From an uncultured Candidatus Rokubacteria bacterium (lineage in GTDB: Bacteria > Methylomirabilota > Methylomirabilia > Rokubacteriales > DASRDR01): DNA of 64,000 nt. The DNA lies in the NCBI GenBank assembly GCA_963826115.1, contig CAWGVS010000012.1:576001-640000 (forward strand). Direction: 5' to 3'. The stretch's first letter is position 1. Every line of letters begins with the position of its first letter. The notes under the pieces are model-generated. The model worked only from the letters and a program-made list of their open reading frames with translations. It had not been told where the DNA came from and ran no database searches. The translations under genes and the position numbers were made by a program. This document shows, one piece after another, positions 11,439 through 22,018 of the stretch.

Positions 11439-12238
11439 GTGATACGCCCAATGCGTCGAGGGTGGATCGGAAATGCGTTCGCCGACGGCGTCGAGCTCTC
11501 GCGGTTGCGCGCGCTGGAGGGAGTCTGGGACGAGAACACGTGCGCGGTTCTAGGTGAGCGAGTGATGGTGCAGCGCGGCTGGCGCTGCCTCGAATTGGGC
11601 GCCGGAGCCGGGTCGATCGCGCGCTGGCTGGCCGACCGGGTCGGGCCCTCGGGGTCGGTGGTTGCCGCCGATCTGAACTGCAGGTTCCTGGTCGACATGC
11701 CCAGCAACGTCGAGGTTCGCGCTCTGGACGCCGCCGACGCGGAGTTCGGCCGCGAAGCCTACGACCTTGTCCACCATCGCTCGGTGCTCTCGTACGTCTC
11801 GAGCCGAGAGCAGGTGCTTGGCCGCCTGGTGGAGAGCCTGCGGCCGGGCGGGTGGCTGGTGAGCGAGGAGCCGGACTTCCAGTACCGAGTCGTCGCGGGT
11901 GATTCGCACGATCGTCTTCTGGCGCGGTTCTTCGAGGCGCTACGTCAGATTCTTGCCGCAGCGGGCACCGACTTCTCTTTTGCGCCTCGCCTCGCGATTC
12001 TGCTCCGGGGTCTCGGTCTGCACGACGTGGATCAGCTCGCCCGGAGCCACGCGGTACAGGGCGGCAGCCCGATGTCCGAAGTGATCTGGCGAGCGGTGGA
12101 ACCGCTCCGGTCGCAGCTGCTGCACGTCGCGGGCTTCACGGACGATGAGGTTGACCGCAGCACGCGCTGCTTCGGAGCCGCGCCGCGTCGTGGATCGATC
12201 CGTCGGTCATATCCGCGTTCGGTCGGCGGCCGGCTTGA
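11439..12238 (+). pseudogene. Class I SAM-dependent methyltransferase with apparent C-terminal frameshift
   Basis: CLELGAGAGSIARWLADRVGPSGSVVAADL and LRPGGWLVSEEPD; a natural-looking end (WIDPSVISAFGRRPA*) lies in another frame after ~12160; start uncertain. Confidence 0.7.
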
Positions 12239-12493
12239 GGCCACCGCCGAGTCGATCCGCGGGATGACGGCATCCATTGACGACTTCTGTGCGGACATCC
12301 CCAGGCGGATCCGAGGGTGGAGCATGTCCGCGGCGTCGGCGGCTCGCCCATTCACCGGGGCAGCCGGAGACAGCAGCGCCATGGCTGTCCACTGCCCCAC
12401 CCGCGGGTCGTCACGCACCCGGAGTCGATGTTGAGGGCGCGCTCGACGATCTCTCGGGTCCGGTCGGCAAAAATGGATTAGAGTGTCCGGAGC

Positions 12494-13705
12494 ATGGCAT
12501 CGCCCCCGTCGCCGTTCGCGGGAACTCCGCATCCGGGGCAGCCGGACTTCTCCCTGGTCCTGGGCGGGCCTCTCTTCCAGCTTCTGCGTCGGGCGCACAT
12601 GACCGACGATGCGCTGGCGCTGATGCGCCGGCGCGTGGTCGTCATCTCGCTGTTCGCGTGGGTGCCCCTGCTGGTGCTCTCGGCTCTCGATGGGCGGGCG
12701 TGGGGCGGAGGCGTGGCCGTGCCCTTCCTGCGGGACTGGGACACTCACGCGCGCTTTCTGGTGGCGCTGCCGCTGCTCGTCGTGGCGGAGCTGGTGGTGC
12801 ACCAGCGGATGCGTCTCGTGGTGAAGCAGTTTCTGGAGCGCAACCTGATTCCCCCGAGCGCCCTGGGCCGGTTCGACGCCGCCATCCAATCGGCGTTTCG
12901 CCTGCGCAACTCGGTGCTGGCCGAAGTGCTGCTGATCGCCTTCGTGGGCCTCGTCGGGGTCTCGCTCTTCTGGCGGCAGTACGTCGTGCTCACCACGGCC
13001 ACGTGGTACGCGACCCCGACGGCCGCCGGCATGACCCTCTCGCGCACCGGGGTGTGGTATGCGTACGTGAGCCTGGCGCTCTTCCAGTTCCTGCTCATGC
13101 GCTGGTACTTCCGGATCGTCATCTGGGCGCGCTTCCTCTGGCACGTGTCACGCATCGAGCTGAGCCTGATTCCCACGCATCCGGACCGGGTGGGCGGTCT
13201 CGGATTCCTTGCGAACACGGTCTACGCCTTCGTCCCCCTGGCGGTGGCCCACGGCGCATTGCTGGCCGGGGTGATCGCCAACCGCATCTTCTACCTCGAC
13301 GCCCGGCTGCTCGACTTCAAGGTCGAGGTCGCGGTCGTCCTGGCGTTCATGCTGTGCCTGGTATTCGGTCCACTCGTGGTGTTCGCGGTTCAGCTCGCTC
13401 AGGCGAAGCGCACGGGAAGCCGCGAGTACGGCACGCTCGCGGAGCGGTATGTCCGCGAGTTCGATGCCAAGTGGCTGCGCGGCGGAGCCCCCGCCGACGA
13501 GCCCCTGGTGGGGAGCGCCGACATCCAGTCCCTCGCCGATCTGGCGAATAGCGTCGAGGTCGTGCGGACGATGCGCGTGATGCCCGTGACGAAGGAGGCG
13601 GTCCTCTATCTCGCCGCCGCGACGCTCGCGCCGGTCGTGCCGCTCGCGCTCACGATGATGTCGCTGGAGGAGCTGCTGAAGACGCTGCTCGGCACCCTGT
13701 TCTAG
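12494..13705 (+). CDS. Conserved hypothetical multi-pass membrane protein
   Basis: 403 aa, several TM segments, THPDRVGGLGFL and SADIQSLADL motifs; GC3-rich codon usage. Confidence 0.8.
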   Translation: MASPPSPFAGTPHPGQPDFSLVLGGPLFQLLRRAHMTDDALALMRRRVVVISLFAWVPLLVLSALDGRAWGGGVAVPFLRDWDTHARFLVALPLLVVAELVVHQRMRLVVKQFLERNLIPPSALGRFDAAIQSAFRLRNSVLAEVLLIAFVGLVGVSLFWRQYVVLTTATWYATPTAAGMTLSRTGVWYAYVSLALFQFLLMRWYFRIVIWARFLWHVSRIELSLIPTHPDRVGGLGFLANTVYAFVPLAVAHGALLAGVIANRIFYLDARLLDFKVEVAVVLAFMLCLVFGPLVVFAVQLAQAKRTGSREYGTLAERYVREFDAKWLRGGAPADEPLVGSADIQSLADLANSVEVVRTMRVMPVTKEAVLYLAAATLAPVVPLALTMMSLEELLKTLLGTLF

Positions 13706-13913
13706 GGGCCGCTCGGTGCATCGAGGGCCACGCCGGACACGCGCTCGAGGACCGGTAAGGGAACCCCGGCGGGCCGGAGACCGGTCCAGGCGCCGGATCG
13801 GACCATCGGTCGCTCTCAGCCCTTAGCGCTTCGCTCGAACCAGGCCGGCCGGTACCATGCCGGCGCGGTTGTTTCGTGCACCGGGACGAACAGCGGAACC
13901 GAGCAAGCAATCT

Positions 13914-13973
13914 ACCGACTGATGTGTTCGCCTGCGTGTGGTGAAGTTCGGCGGAGTTTGGCACCGGTGCGTC
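13914..13973 (-). repeat. Truncated att-like site: distal part of type-A arm with a trace of the core
   Basis: ACCGACTGAT (core-like) fused to GTTCGCCTGCGTGTGGTGAAGTTCGGCGGAGTTTGGCACCGGTGCGTCA, which matches the end of the type-A arm. Confidence 0.8.
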
Positions 13974-14145
13974 AAGCCGTAGCGGCCGTCGCCGAGCCGC
14001 ACCGGGCCCTCCGACCACCGGCAACCGTGTAGAGTCGCTCGACGGCGGCCAGCGCCAGCCGATACTTGCCGACGGCCGGGATCCGGCACGCGCACGGCCG
14101 GGTCGGGATATCACTCGCTCGGCTGCCACGCTGGTCCGGACTCCT

Positions 14146-15906
14146 TCATCGGCCGCCGCCGCCGCCCCCGCCTCCCCCTCCGCCCGACGACCCGCCACCA
14201 CCTCTCCCACTCGACGAGCCGGGCGGGCTCGAGGACGACGCGATCTGCGAGCTCAGGCTGCCGCCGACGGCTCGAGTCAGATTGCCGAGATTCGAGGCCC
14301 CGTTGCCCCGGTACCAGGCGATGCCGGCGGTGGCGGCCGCGACGGCGGCCGCCCCGGCGGCGGCCGTGAACTTCGTCGTCCAGGCGTCCTCGACCTCGAG
14401 CGCCACCGCGTACGGGAGCAGCGTTTCGTAGCGCTTGGCGTCCAGCGCCGGCGGAGCGCCCGGCCCGGGCAGCCGCTCGAGCTCGTCCCGCTCGGCCACG
14501 CTCAAATAGAGCTTCAGCCCCTCGACCTGGTCGAGCAGCGCCCGGCCCTCCGTCGTCGGCGCGCGCACGAGGCGGCTGAACTGGCTGATCGTCGCCACCA
14601 TCGCGACGAGCACCGCCACGATCGCCACGATGCCCGCCCCGTCCGAGAGAAAGAACGCGAGGACCGCGGTCCCCACCGCGATCAGGAGCGCAACCGTCAC
14701 GCTCCCGGCGTTGCGCCGAAAGTAGCGCGGCTGGAGCGCCTTCTCGAGTGCGCCGGTGTGCGCCCGCTGCGCGCCGGAAATCGTGGCGGCGTTGGCCTTC
14801 TTGAGCTCGATGCGCGTCGCGCCGCCAGGGAACAGGCTGTCGAGGAGCTTCCGCTGGCCGGGGTCCGTCGGCGGGTTCGACTTGGCGCCGGTCCGCTCCA
14901 GCCCCCAGCCATCGCTGAGCCAACCATCCTCGTGGTGGATGCGGAGGTGCCCCGCCACCGCCATCGCCAGCACGTCGGCCGAGAAGCAGCGCGTGTCGTA
15001 TCCCATCCGGCGCACGAAGCGCAGCCCCGCCGGCGCGTATCCGTCGGGCGGCTCGTACCGCGGGATGATCACGCCCTGCCGGGGATCTCGGCCGACGAGG
15101 CGCCAGCGCCACACGCAGAAGGCCAGGAGCCCCACGAGGCCCGCCAGCGCGACGAGCACGCCGCGGTTGTCGGCCAGCAGCCACCAGAGACGCTGGCCCC
15201 GGCCGGGTTCCGGAACGAGTCCCTTCGGAAAGCTGAGGACGATCGTGAGCCCTGCGTTGGGTGCCAGTGGCGCGGTCAAGCGCCAGCGCGCCAGCCCGGC
15301 CTCGGGCACGTCGGCCGCGTACGCCCGTTCCTGCGCGCCCTGCGGTCCGGTGTAGCCCTCGGCGCGCAGCTCCCCGACCGGCACCGGAGTGGGAAGGCGC
15401 ACGGTGACGCTGCCCTGGTCGATCGGGAAGATCCAGTCGGTGCCGATCGCGTTCCAGTAGAGCTCGTCGTGATCCGAGAAGAAGCCGAGCTGGCGCGTCG
15501 TGCGATAGCGCAGCGTGAACGCGTACTCGGCGGGCACGCGCAGGAAGTCGTCGTTGCCGGTGTTGATCCGGATGCCGTTGGCCACGGACTCGGTGAAGTG
15601 CGGCTCCGGCTGGCCATTGCGCCGCACGTCCAGCAGCTCGAACCCGACGACGACCTGGTTGCCGTATCGATCCCGGTAGCGGGTCGGGAAGTCGCGATAG
15701 ATGCCGCGGCGGATCCGGCTCCCCTCGGCCCGCACGGTGATCCGCTCGGTCACGTCCAGGCTGCCGTCGGCCTTGACCTCGACGGCGATGTCGTAGGCGC
15801 GGATGCGCTCCTGGGCCGACGCCGGGAGCGCCGCCAGCACGCTCGCCCACCCCAGCAGGAGACCGCCGACGAGGCCCCGGGGGATCGCGCGCGCTCGGTA
15901 TCTCAT
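14146..15906 (-). CDS. DUF2207 domain membrane protein
   Basis: ADGSLDVTERI, RRGIYRDFP, DELYWNAIG, LLPYAVAL, Gly-rich GGGGGGGR tail. Confidence 0.92.
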   Translation of the reverse strand: MRYRARAIPRGLVGGLLLGWASVLAALPASAQERIRAYDIAVEVKADGSLDVTERITVRAEGSRIRRGIYRDFPTRYRDRYGNQVVVGFELLDVRRNGQPEPHFTESVANGIRINTGNDDFLRVPAEYAFTLRYRTTRQLGFFSDHDELYWNAIGTDWIFPIDQGSVTVRLPTPVPVGELRAEGYTGPQGAQERAYAADVPEAGLARWRLTAPLAPNAGLTIVLSFPKGLVPEPGRGQRLWWLLADNRGVLVALAGLVGLLAFCVWRWRLVGRDPRQGVIIPRYEPPDGYAPAGLRFVRRMGYDTRCFSADVLAMAVAGHLRIHHEDGWLSDGWGLERTGAKSNPPTDPGQRKLLDSLFPGGATRIELKKANAATISGAQRAHTGALEKALQPRYFRRNAGSVTVALLIAVGTAVLAFFLSDGAGIVAIVAVLVAMVATISQFSRLVRAPTTEGRALLDQVEGLKLYLSVAERDELERLPGPGAPPALDAKRYETLLPYAVALEVEDAWTTKFTAAAGAAAVAAATAGIAWYRGNGASNLGNLTRAVGGSLSSQIASSSSPPGSSSGRGGGGSSGGGGGGGGGGGR

Positions 15907-16454
15907 CGAGAGAACCCCACCGGCACGACCTGACGCTCCTCTTCGCTGGCCTGGAAGAGCTCGGCCGGGCCGAATCCGAACGTGCGGGCCACCAGGAGAT
16001 CCGGAATGCGCTGGATGCCGTTGTGATAGTCGCGCACCGACCCGTTGTAGAACCGGCGGGCGTACTGCAGGTGGTCCTCGATCTCGACGAGATCGCGCTG
16101 GAGCTGGAGGAACGTCTCGTTCGCCTTGAGGTTGGGATACGCCTCCTGCAGCACGATGATCCCGGCCAGCGCCTGCTGCAGGGCCGACTCCACCTCGCCC
16201 AGCCGGGACGGGCTCCGGAGGGCCGCCGCCTGCGTCCGCAGCTCGGTGACCCGCTCGAGCGCGCCGCGCTCGTGGGCCGCGTACCCGGTGACGGTGGCCA
16301 CGAGATCGGGCACCAGGTCGTGGCGGCGCTTGAGCTGCACGTCGATGTCGGCCCAGGCCGACCGCACCTGGTTGCGCAGCCGCACGAGTCGGTTGAACAC
16401 GAACACGGCCCAGGCCAGGATCGCCAGACCGACCAGGAGCCAGACGACGGTCAC
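15903..16454 (-). CDS. LemA family protein
   Basis: FNRLVRLRNQVRSAWADIDVQLKRRHDLVP, EAYPNLKANETF, ARRFYNGSV; adjacent to DUF2207 as is usual. Confidence 0.93.
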   Translation of the reverse strand: MTVVWLLVGLAILAWAVFVFNRLVRLRNQVRSAWADIDVQLKRRHDLVPDLVATVTGYAAHERGALERVTELRTQAAALRSPSRLGEVESALQQALAGIIVLQEAYPNLKANETFLQLQRDLVEIEDHLQYARRFYNGSVRDYHNGIQRIPDLLVARTFGFGPAELFQASEEERQVVPVGFSR

Positions 16455-16518
16455 CGGCCCACCGTGGCGCCGGACGGAGAACGGGCCCATGCGTCCATGC
16501 TTCGCTTCCCGCCGTAAT

Positions 16519-16740
16519 CTATTGACGGCGCGACCGGAATGCAAACGCCGATCGGCGCGGGCGAGGGTCGTCGCGGGTCACCGCGTACAGGACGGCGTGG
16601 AGGCCGAAGACATCCACGTCGCGCTCGTAGCGCAGGCCGAGCTTCTCCAGCACGTGGCGCGACCGCGCGTGCTCAGGGCGGGTCCCGCCGACGACCCGGG
16701 ACAGCCCCACCTCGTCGAAGCCGTAGTCGCCGTCGGCCAC
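16519..16740 (-). pseudogene. C-terminal fragment of RimJ/RimL-type GNAT acetyltransferase
   Basis: YGFDEVGLSRVVGGTRPEHARSRHVLEKLGLRYE; no N-terminal half upstream. Confidence 0.7.
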
Positions 16741-16876
16741 GGCCGTGAGCGCGGAGAGGCGCGCGACGGTCGAGCCGTCACCGGCAGCAGCGGCGGCGCC
16801 GGTCGCGCCGGCCCCATTGCGGCGTGAAGCGCTTCCTGGGGGCGGCGGTAGCGGCAGGGAAAGGGACCGCGCCGGG

Positions 16877-17707
16877 TTACTTCAGGACCACGGCGGTGAT
16901 CTCGTCGTCGACGCGCCAAGTCCCGCCCTGGTTGACGAGGATGGCCTCGCCGGTGAGCTTCAGCACGCTCGATTCGCCGTCGAACAGGATTACCGCGGCC
17001 TTCCCGTTGCTCCAGCCCTTGGTGATCCTCACCGATTGCGTGGGGTGCTCCTTCGCCAGGTAGTCCATGTACGCCGCGCCCCTCCCTCCTTTGATGGCCC
17101 TGGCCTGGATCTCGCGGACGTCGTCCGACAGCACGGTCCGCAACGCCTTGGCGTCGCGTTTCACGAGCGCGGCGTGATAGTCGAGGTAGGCTTGGCCGGG
17201 CGCACCGCCGGCCGGCGGAAGCGGGGGGCCGTGGTCGTCGGACAGCACCGCCACGTCGAGGGCAATGTCGAAGGCGCGATTCGTGTCGGTACCCGTGAGC
17301 TTGCCCGCGAGGCGGCCCTTCGCGAGCTTGACCGTCGTGGCGATCCCCATGTTGCCGCCGCAATAGCCACAGCCGTTGCCCGAGGCAAAGTGGAAGGAGT
17401 AGCCCTGGTAGTCGCCGTCGGGGTGGAACTCGAAGTAGACCACGCCCGTGTCGTTGTCCTCGACGCGCCGCGCGATCGCCCGGCGGCGATCGTAGTAGGC
17501 GTGGAGGGCGTCCCGGTCTATCTCCGCGAGGGTGACGGCGACGACGATCACGTCGCTCTTGTCCAGTATCGACTTGCCGCGGAAGGCGAGCGCGCTCTTG
17601 ATCTCCATCCCCAGACCCCGACTCTTGAACGACCCCGAGACCGTGTCCGCGGCCGCCGCGGATCCCACCCACGCCGCCAGCGTCGCCGCAAGCAGAAGCG
17701 TCTTCAT
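16877..17707 (-). CDS. Secreted hypothetical protein
   Basis: Signal peptide MKTLLLAATLAAWVGSAAAA; CGYC motif; clean codon usage. Confidence 0.8.
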   Translation of the reverse strand: MKTLLLAATLAAWVGSAAAADTVSGSFKSRGLGMEIKSALAFRGKSILDKSDVIVVAVTLAEIDRDALHAYYDRRRAIARRVEDNDTGVVYFEFHPDGDYQGYSFHFASGNGCGYCGGNMGIATTVKLAKGRLAGKLTGTDTNRAFDIALDVAVLSDDHGPPLPPAGGAPGQAYLDYHAALVKRDAKALRTVLSDDVREIQARAIKGGRGAAYMDYLAKEHPTQSVRITKGWSNGKAAVILFDGESSVLKLTGEAILVNQGGTWRVDDEITAVVLK

Positions 17708-17798
17708 TGTGGCCCCCCCCTTTGGATGACCAGACATCCTACTGCGACAGCATCAGCGCGGCTACGACGGCGAGAAGCGGCACGCGCGGCTTGCCGGG

Positions 17799-18021
17799 AA
17801 GAACGAATCGGGGGGCGTCGCCGCCCCCGATCGAGGCCCCCGCCGCGAAGTAGTGCGCCGGGAAGGAATCGAACCTTCAACCTACTGATTAAGAGTCCAC
17901 GCTGGAGGCCACGCACCGCACGCCATCGGCAGCTATCTGCACGTCAGATCAAGGAAGCGCCCTGAGACGACCTGTTCCCGCCTCACGGTGCCCTCGCGTG
18001 AGTTGGAACCAGCCTGGAACC
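17799..18021 (-). repeat. att-like site 2: terminator hairpin, 15-bp insert, tRNA-Lys 3' fragment, type-B arm
   Basis: Hairpin 17799-17835; core 17851-17895 (3 mismatches); TGGAACC at 18004 and 18015, 109 bp from core. Confidence 0.92.
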
Positions 18022-18162
18022 AGGACCGCCCCGCGATGGGGGCGCGCGCAGCGGCCACTGCCTGGCGGTGTCCATTGACGGCAGGGAGGGCGGCTGGTGA
18101 TAGTCTCACATGCTCGAAGACCGTGGCGTCACGCCACGAAGTCCCCCCCCAGAGGCCGGTTG

Positions 18163-19716
18163 ATGCTCGACATCGCCGATGCCCGGGCTGGCGCACGCCT
18201 GCTCCGGCGACTCCCCCCGTTTCTGAAGAGGCCCATCACGGCGGAGGAGGCGCGAGCGACGCTGCGCGATCGCCTCGAACACCGTGACGCGGATTTCCTC
18301 ACGCTCGCGCGCCGGTTGATCTTCGGCCACACGGTCAGTCCCTACCGCGCCCTTCTCCGCATGGCCGGCTGCGAGTACGGAGACCTCGAGCGACTCGTCA
18401 AGATCGGCGGTCCGGAAAGCGCGCTCGCCACCCTCGCCGGCCAAGGGGTCTACCTGACCGTGGACGAGTTCAAGGGGCGGCGACCTGTGGTCCGCGGGAG
18501 CACGCACCTCCTTCCCGACCCTCGCGCATTCACGAATCCCCTGTGCGCGCCCGACGTGCCAGGCCGCAGCAGCGGGAGCCGCGGCGCCGCCACACCCGTC
18601 CTCGTCGCGCTCGACTACATTCGCGACTGCGGCGTCGATACCCGTCTCACACTTGATGCCCGCGGTGGCGGAGACTGGCTGAAGGCGTACTGGGGCGTGC
18701 CGGGCGCGTCGGCGACAGTCGTGGTCCTTCGCCTGAGCGCCTTCGGAGCCCCTGTCGTGCGCTGGTTCTCACAGATCGATCCCTGGGCACGCGGGCTCGA
18801 CGCCCGCTACGGATGGAGCGTGACGGGCCTCCGGTGGGGCAGCATCCTCGCCGGCCGTCCTATTGCCGCTCCCGAGTTCGTCAGCGTGGACGACCCGCGC
18901 CCCATCGTCCGATGGATGGCCGACGTACGGAGATCGGGGCGGACTCCATTCCTCCAGACGTTTCCAACCTCGGCGGTGCGACTCTGTCAGGCCGCGCTCG
19001 CCGCCGGCGCCGACATTACGGGCGCGAAGATGATCATGGGGGGGGAGCCGACCACCCGCGCGCGGCTCGCGACCATTCGGCAGGCCGGCGTGGACGCCGT
19101 CCCGCGGTACTCCAGCATCGAGTGCGGGCCGATCGGGCACGGATGCCTCAACCCCGAGGCGCCCGATGACATCCATCTCCTCCATGATCTCCACGCGGTC
19201 GTGCAGCATACCGGCACCGATCTCCTCGTCTCGTCCCTGCGGATGACGGCACCCCTCGTGCTCTTCAACGTCTCCCTCGGCGACCGCGCCACCCTTCGAC
19301 GGCGTGACTGCGACTGTCCGATGGAACGGCTGGGCTGGGACACGCACCTCCAGGGCATCCACAGCGTGGAGAAGCTGACGGCGGCCGGGATGACCTTCCT
19401 GGATTCCGACTTGGTCCGGGTGCTCGAGGAGGTCCTCCCCGCTCGCTTCGGTGGCGGGCCGGCCGACTATCAACTGGTCGAGGGTGAGGACGCCGGCGGC
19501 CGATCGACACTCCGGTTGCTCGTCCATCCACGGCTCGGCGAGGTGCCCAGCGAAGCCGTGGCCGAGGTCTTTCTCTCGGCCGTCGGTCCGGGCGCGGGGG
19601 TCGAGCGCGTGATGGGGCTCGCCTGGCGCCAAGGCCGCATCCTTCGCGTGGAACGGCGCGCACCCCTCGTCTCGACGACCGGCAAGATCCTGCACCTGCG
19701 TGCCGGAGCACAATGA
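18163..19716 (+). CDS. Phenylacetate-CoA ligase/CapK-like adenylate-forming protein
   Basis: RSSGSRG P-loop, MGGEP, RYSSIECGPIG, NVSLGDRA, C-terminal TGKILHL. Confidence 0.8.
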   Translation: MLDIADARAGARLLRRLPPFLKRPITAEEARATLRDRLEHRDADFLTLARRLIFGHTVSPYRALLRMAGCEYGDLERLVKIGGPESALATLAGQGVYLTVDEFKGRRPVVRGSTHLLPDPRAFTNPLCAPDVPGRSSGSRGAATPVLVALDYIRDCGVDTRLTLDARGGGDWLKAYWGVPGASATVVVLRLSAFGAPVVRWFSQIDPWARGLDARYGWSVTGLRWGSILAGRPIAAPEFVSVDDPRPIVRWMADVRRSGRTPFLQTFPTSAVRLCQAALAAGADITGAKMIMGGEPTTRARLATIRQAGVDAVPRYSSIECGPIGHGCLNPEAPDDIHLLHDLHAVVQHTGTDLLVSSLRMTAPLVLFNVSLGDRATLRRRDCDCPMERLGWDTHLQGIHSVEKLTAAGMTFLDSDLVRVLEEVLPARFGGGPADYQLVEGEDAGGRSTLRLLVHPRLGEVPSEAVAEVFLSAVGPGAGVERVMGLAWRQGRILRVERRAPLVSTTGKILHLRAGAQ

Positions 19717-19822
19717 CCCTTCTCCTCGCGCCGCCGTTCCGTCCCCCGCCCCTCGGGAGGGCCGCCGGCACCCCGCCAAGGGCTCGGCCCGCCGTCGAGA
19801 TTGGCGAGCCCCTGTGCGTTGA

Positions 19823-21718
19823 TCACGGGGTCACCGTCGCTCGCCGGTGTCTAGCCGGGTGGCGGAACAGAACGTCCCAGAGCTGCACGCCCAGCACCAT
19901 CAGCAGGAGTCGGGCGTGGAGGGTCCTCCCCGCTCGGATGTCCGTGACCAGGCCCTGGACGACCGCGGGCTCGAAGTAGCCGGCCGCCTTGACGCTCGCC
20001 GGCGACAGGAGGTCGTCCGCGAACGCCGGTAGCGGACCGCGGAGCCATGCCTCGATCGGCGCCATCAGCGGACGCTTCCGCCGCCACAGGATGTCGCGCG
20101 GCAGCACGCCTTCCAGGGCGCGCCGCAGGACGTACTTCTCGCGCAGGCCGCGCAGCTTCAGTGAGAGCGGAATCCGGGCGCACAGCTCGACGAGCTCGTG
20201 GTCCAGGAACGGAACCCGCGCTTCGAGACCGTATGCCATGCTCGCGGCGTCGAGCGTGTGGTTGATGTATGCGGGCAGGCGCAGGGTCATGTCGAGCTGC
20301 TGGAGCTGGACGAAAGGGTCTTGCCCGGAAGGCCCCACTGGCTGCTGGCCGCCATCGATTCCATCGGCCCCGAGCTCGTGCCGGATGTCGGCCGAGAAGA
20401 CTGCCTCTCTCCGCTCGCCGCCCAGTGGGCCAACGAGCCGGGCGTAGCGGGCGGGCCCCATCGAGCGCGGCCCGAGCAGGAGCCGGCGGGCGAACGACCG
20501 CCGGGCTGGGCCCAGCGGCGCGAGCAGGACCGCGCGTTGGAGCGGGACCGGCAGCGTCGCGAGCGGCCGGAAGAGGCGGTCGATCAGGAACCAGAGATAG
20601 CCGCCGAGCGCCTCGTCCGCGCCCTCGCCGGTGAGGACCACCTTGACGCGCCGGGCCGCCGCCTCCGACAGGAGCAGCCGGAGGAGACCGAGCAGCCCCC
20701 CCGCGGGTGTCTCCGTGTGCCAGAGCGCCTCGGGGTACCGCTCGAAAGCACGGCGGTCGCAGGGGACGCGCTCGTTGGGGAGCTCGTACCCCGGGATGCG
20801 GTCGAGCGTCCGTTGACCGCGCGTCTCGTCGAACGCGGCATCGTCGAAGGCAAGCGTGAACGTGGGAAGCGGCCCGACGAGCTTCCGGGCGAGGCTCACC
20901 ACGGCGCTCGAATCGACCCCACCGCTCAGCCAGGCGCCGACCGGTACGTCGGCGCGAAGGTGGAGACGCACGGTCTCCTCGAGCTTCTCCCGGAGGCGCT
21001 CGGCCCACACACGGGCGCCAATGTGGTCCTCGCAGACGGCGACGTCGCCGTACCGCCAGTATCGGCGCAAGGTGACGTGTCCCCCCTCGTAGAGCAACCA
21101 CTGGCCCGCCTCCAGGCGGCGGACGGAACGGAGCAGGGTCCGCGGGTCCAGCACGAAACCGAAGGCGAAGAGTTCGTCCAGGGCGCGCACGTCCAGTTCC
21201 CTCGCCACCCCACCGGCGGCGAGGATGGCTTTGATCTCCGAGCCGAAGTAGAGCCCCTCGACCGTCAGGGCATAGTGAAGCGGCTTGATTCCCAGGCGAT
21301 CGCGGACGAGCCACAGGCGTCGGCGTGCGCTGTCCCAGAGCGCGAAGGCGAACATTCCGCGCAAGCGTCTGACGCTCTCGAGCCCGAGCTCCTCGTACAG
21401 ATGGACGAGAACCTCGACGTCCGAGGTCGAACGGAAACGGTGCCCCCTGGCAGTCAACTCAGCACGGAGCTCCGCATGGTTGTAGATCTCGCCGTTGCAG
21501 ACCACGGTCACGGTCCCGTCCTCGTTCCCCATGGGTTGGTCCCCGGTCACGAGGTCGATGACGGCCAGGCGCTGAATGCCCAAGCTCACACCCGGGCCGA
21601 CGTGGAAGCCCTCCCCGTCGGGCCCGCGATGGCGGAGCGTCGCGGCCATGGAGTCGACGAGGACGGCATCGCCCGGGCGTTCTCGATCCGCCCATGCAAC
21701 CCCCGTGATGCCGCACAT
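19823..21718 (-). CDS. asnB: Asparagine synthase (glutamine-hydrolysing) family amidotransferase
   Basis: N-terminal MCGITG, HRGPDG, NGEIYNH, RDRLGIKPL, LSGGVDSS, TGEGADE, EARVPFLD. Confidence 0.93.
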   Translation of the reverse strand: MCGITGVAWADRERPGDAVLVDSMAATLRHRGPDGEGFHVGPGVSLGIQRLAVIDLVTGDQPMGNEDGTVTVVCNGEIYNHAELRAELTARGHRFRSTSDVEVLVHLYEELGLESVRRLRGMFAFALWDSARRRLWLVRDRLGIKPLHYALTVEGLYFGSEIKAILAAGGVARELDVRALDELFAFGFVLDPRTLLRSVRRLEAGQWLLYEGGHVTLRRYWRYGDVAVCEDHIGARVWAERLREKLEETVRLHLRADVPVGAWLSGGVDSSAVVSLARKLVGPLPTFTLAFDDAAFDETRGQRTLDRIPGYELPNERVPCDRRAFERYPEALWHTETPAGGLLGLLRLLLSEAAARRVKVVLTGEGADEALGGYLWFLIDRLFRPLATLPVPLQRAVLLAPLGPARRSFARRLLLGPRSMGPARYARLVGPLGGERREAVFSADIRHELGADGIDGGQQPVGPSGQDPFVQLQQLDMTLRLPAYINHTLDAASMAYGLEARVPFLDHELVELCARIPLSLKLRGLREKYVLRRALEGVLPRDILWRRKRPLMAPIEAWLRGPLPAFADDLLSPASVKAAGYFEPAVVQGLVTDIRAGRTLHARLLLMVLGVQLWDVLFRHPARHRRATVTP

Positions 21719-22018
21719 GGCGCCCGCTCCTCTCCCCCGACCCGTCGAGACGTCAGCGGGTCTGCCGGTATCCCTCGCGCCCGACGCTGGCGGTGGAGCG
21801 CTCGACCGAGAACTCGGGCGGTCCGGTCCTTGCCAGCTCCGACGCCGGTGGCGCGACGGATCGACCCCGGTGCTGCTGGACCCGCTGAGTTGCTCGAGCG
21901 CTTGCCGGCCCTCATGCCATAGCTCGAGCAGCCGGTCCCGGGCGCCCGGCGCGCAGCCCGACGATAGCGCACCCCACGGCGCGGGACGAGGGGCCGTGGA
22001 CGACCGATCATCTCCAAG

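Noticed and set aside
14146-14235. GC-rich low-complexity repeat
   Set aside because: Encodes the normal Gly/Ser-rich tail of DUF2207 proteins.
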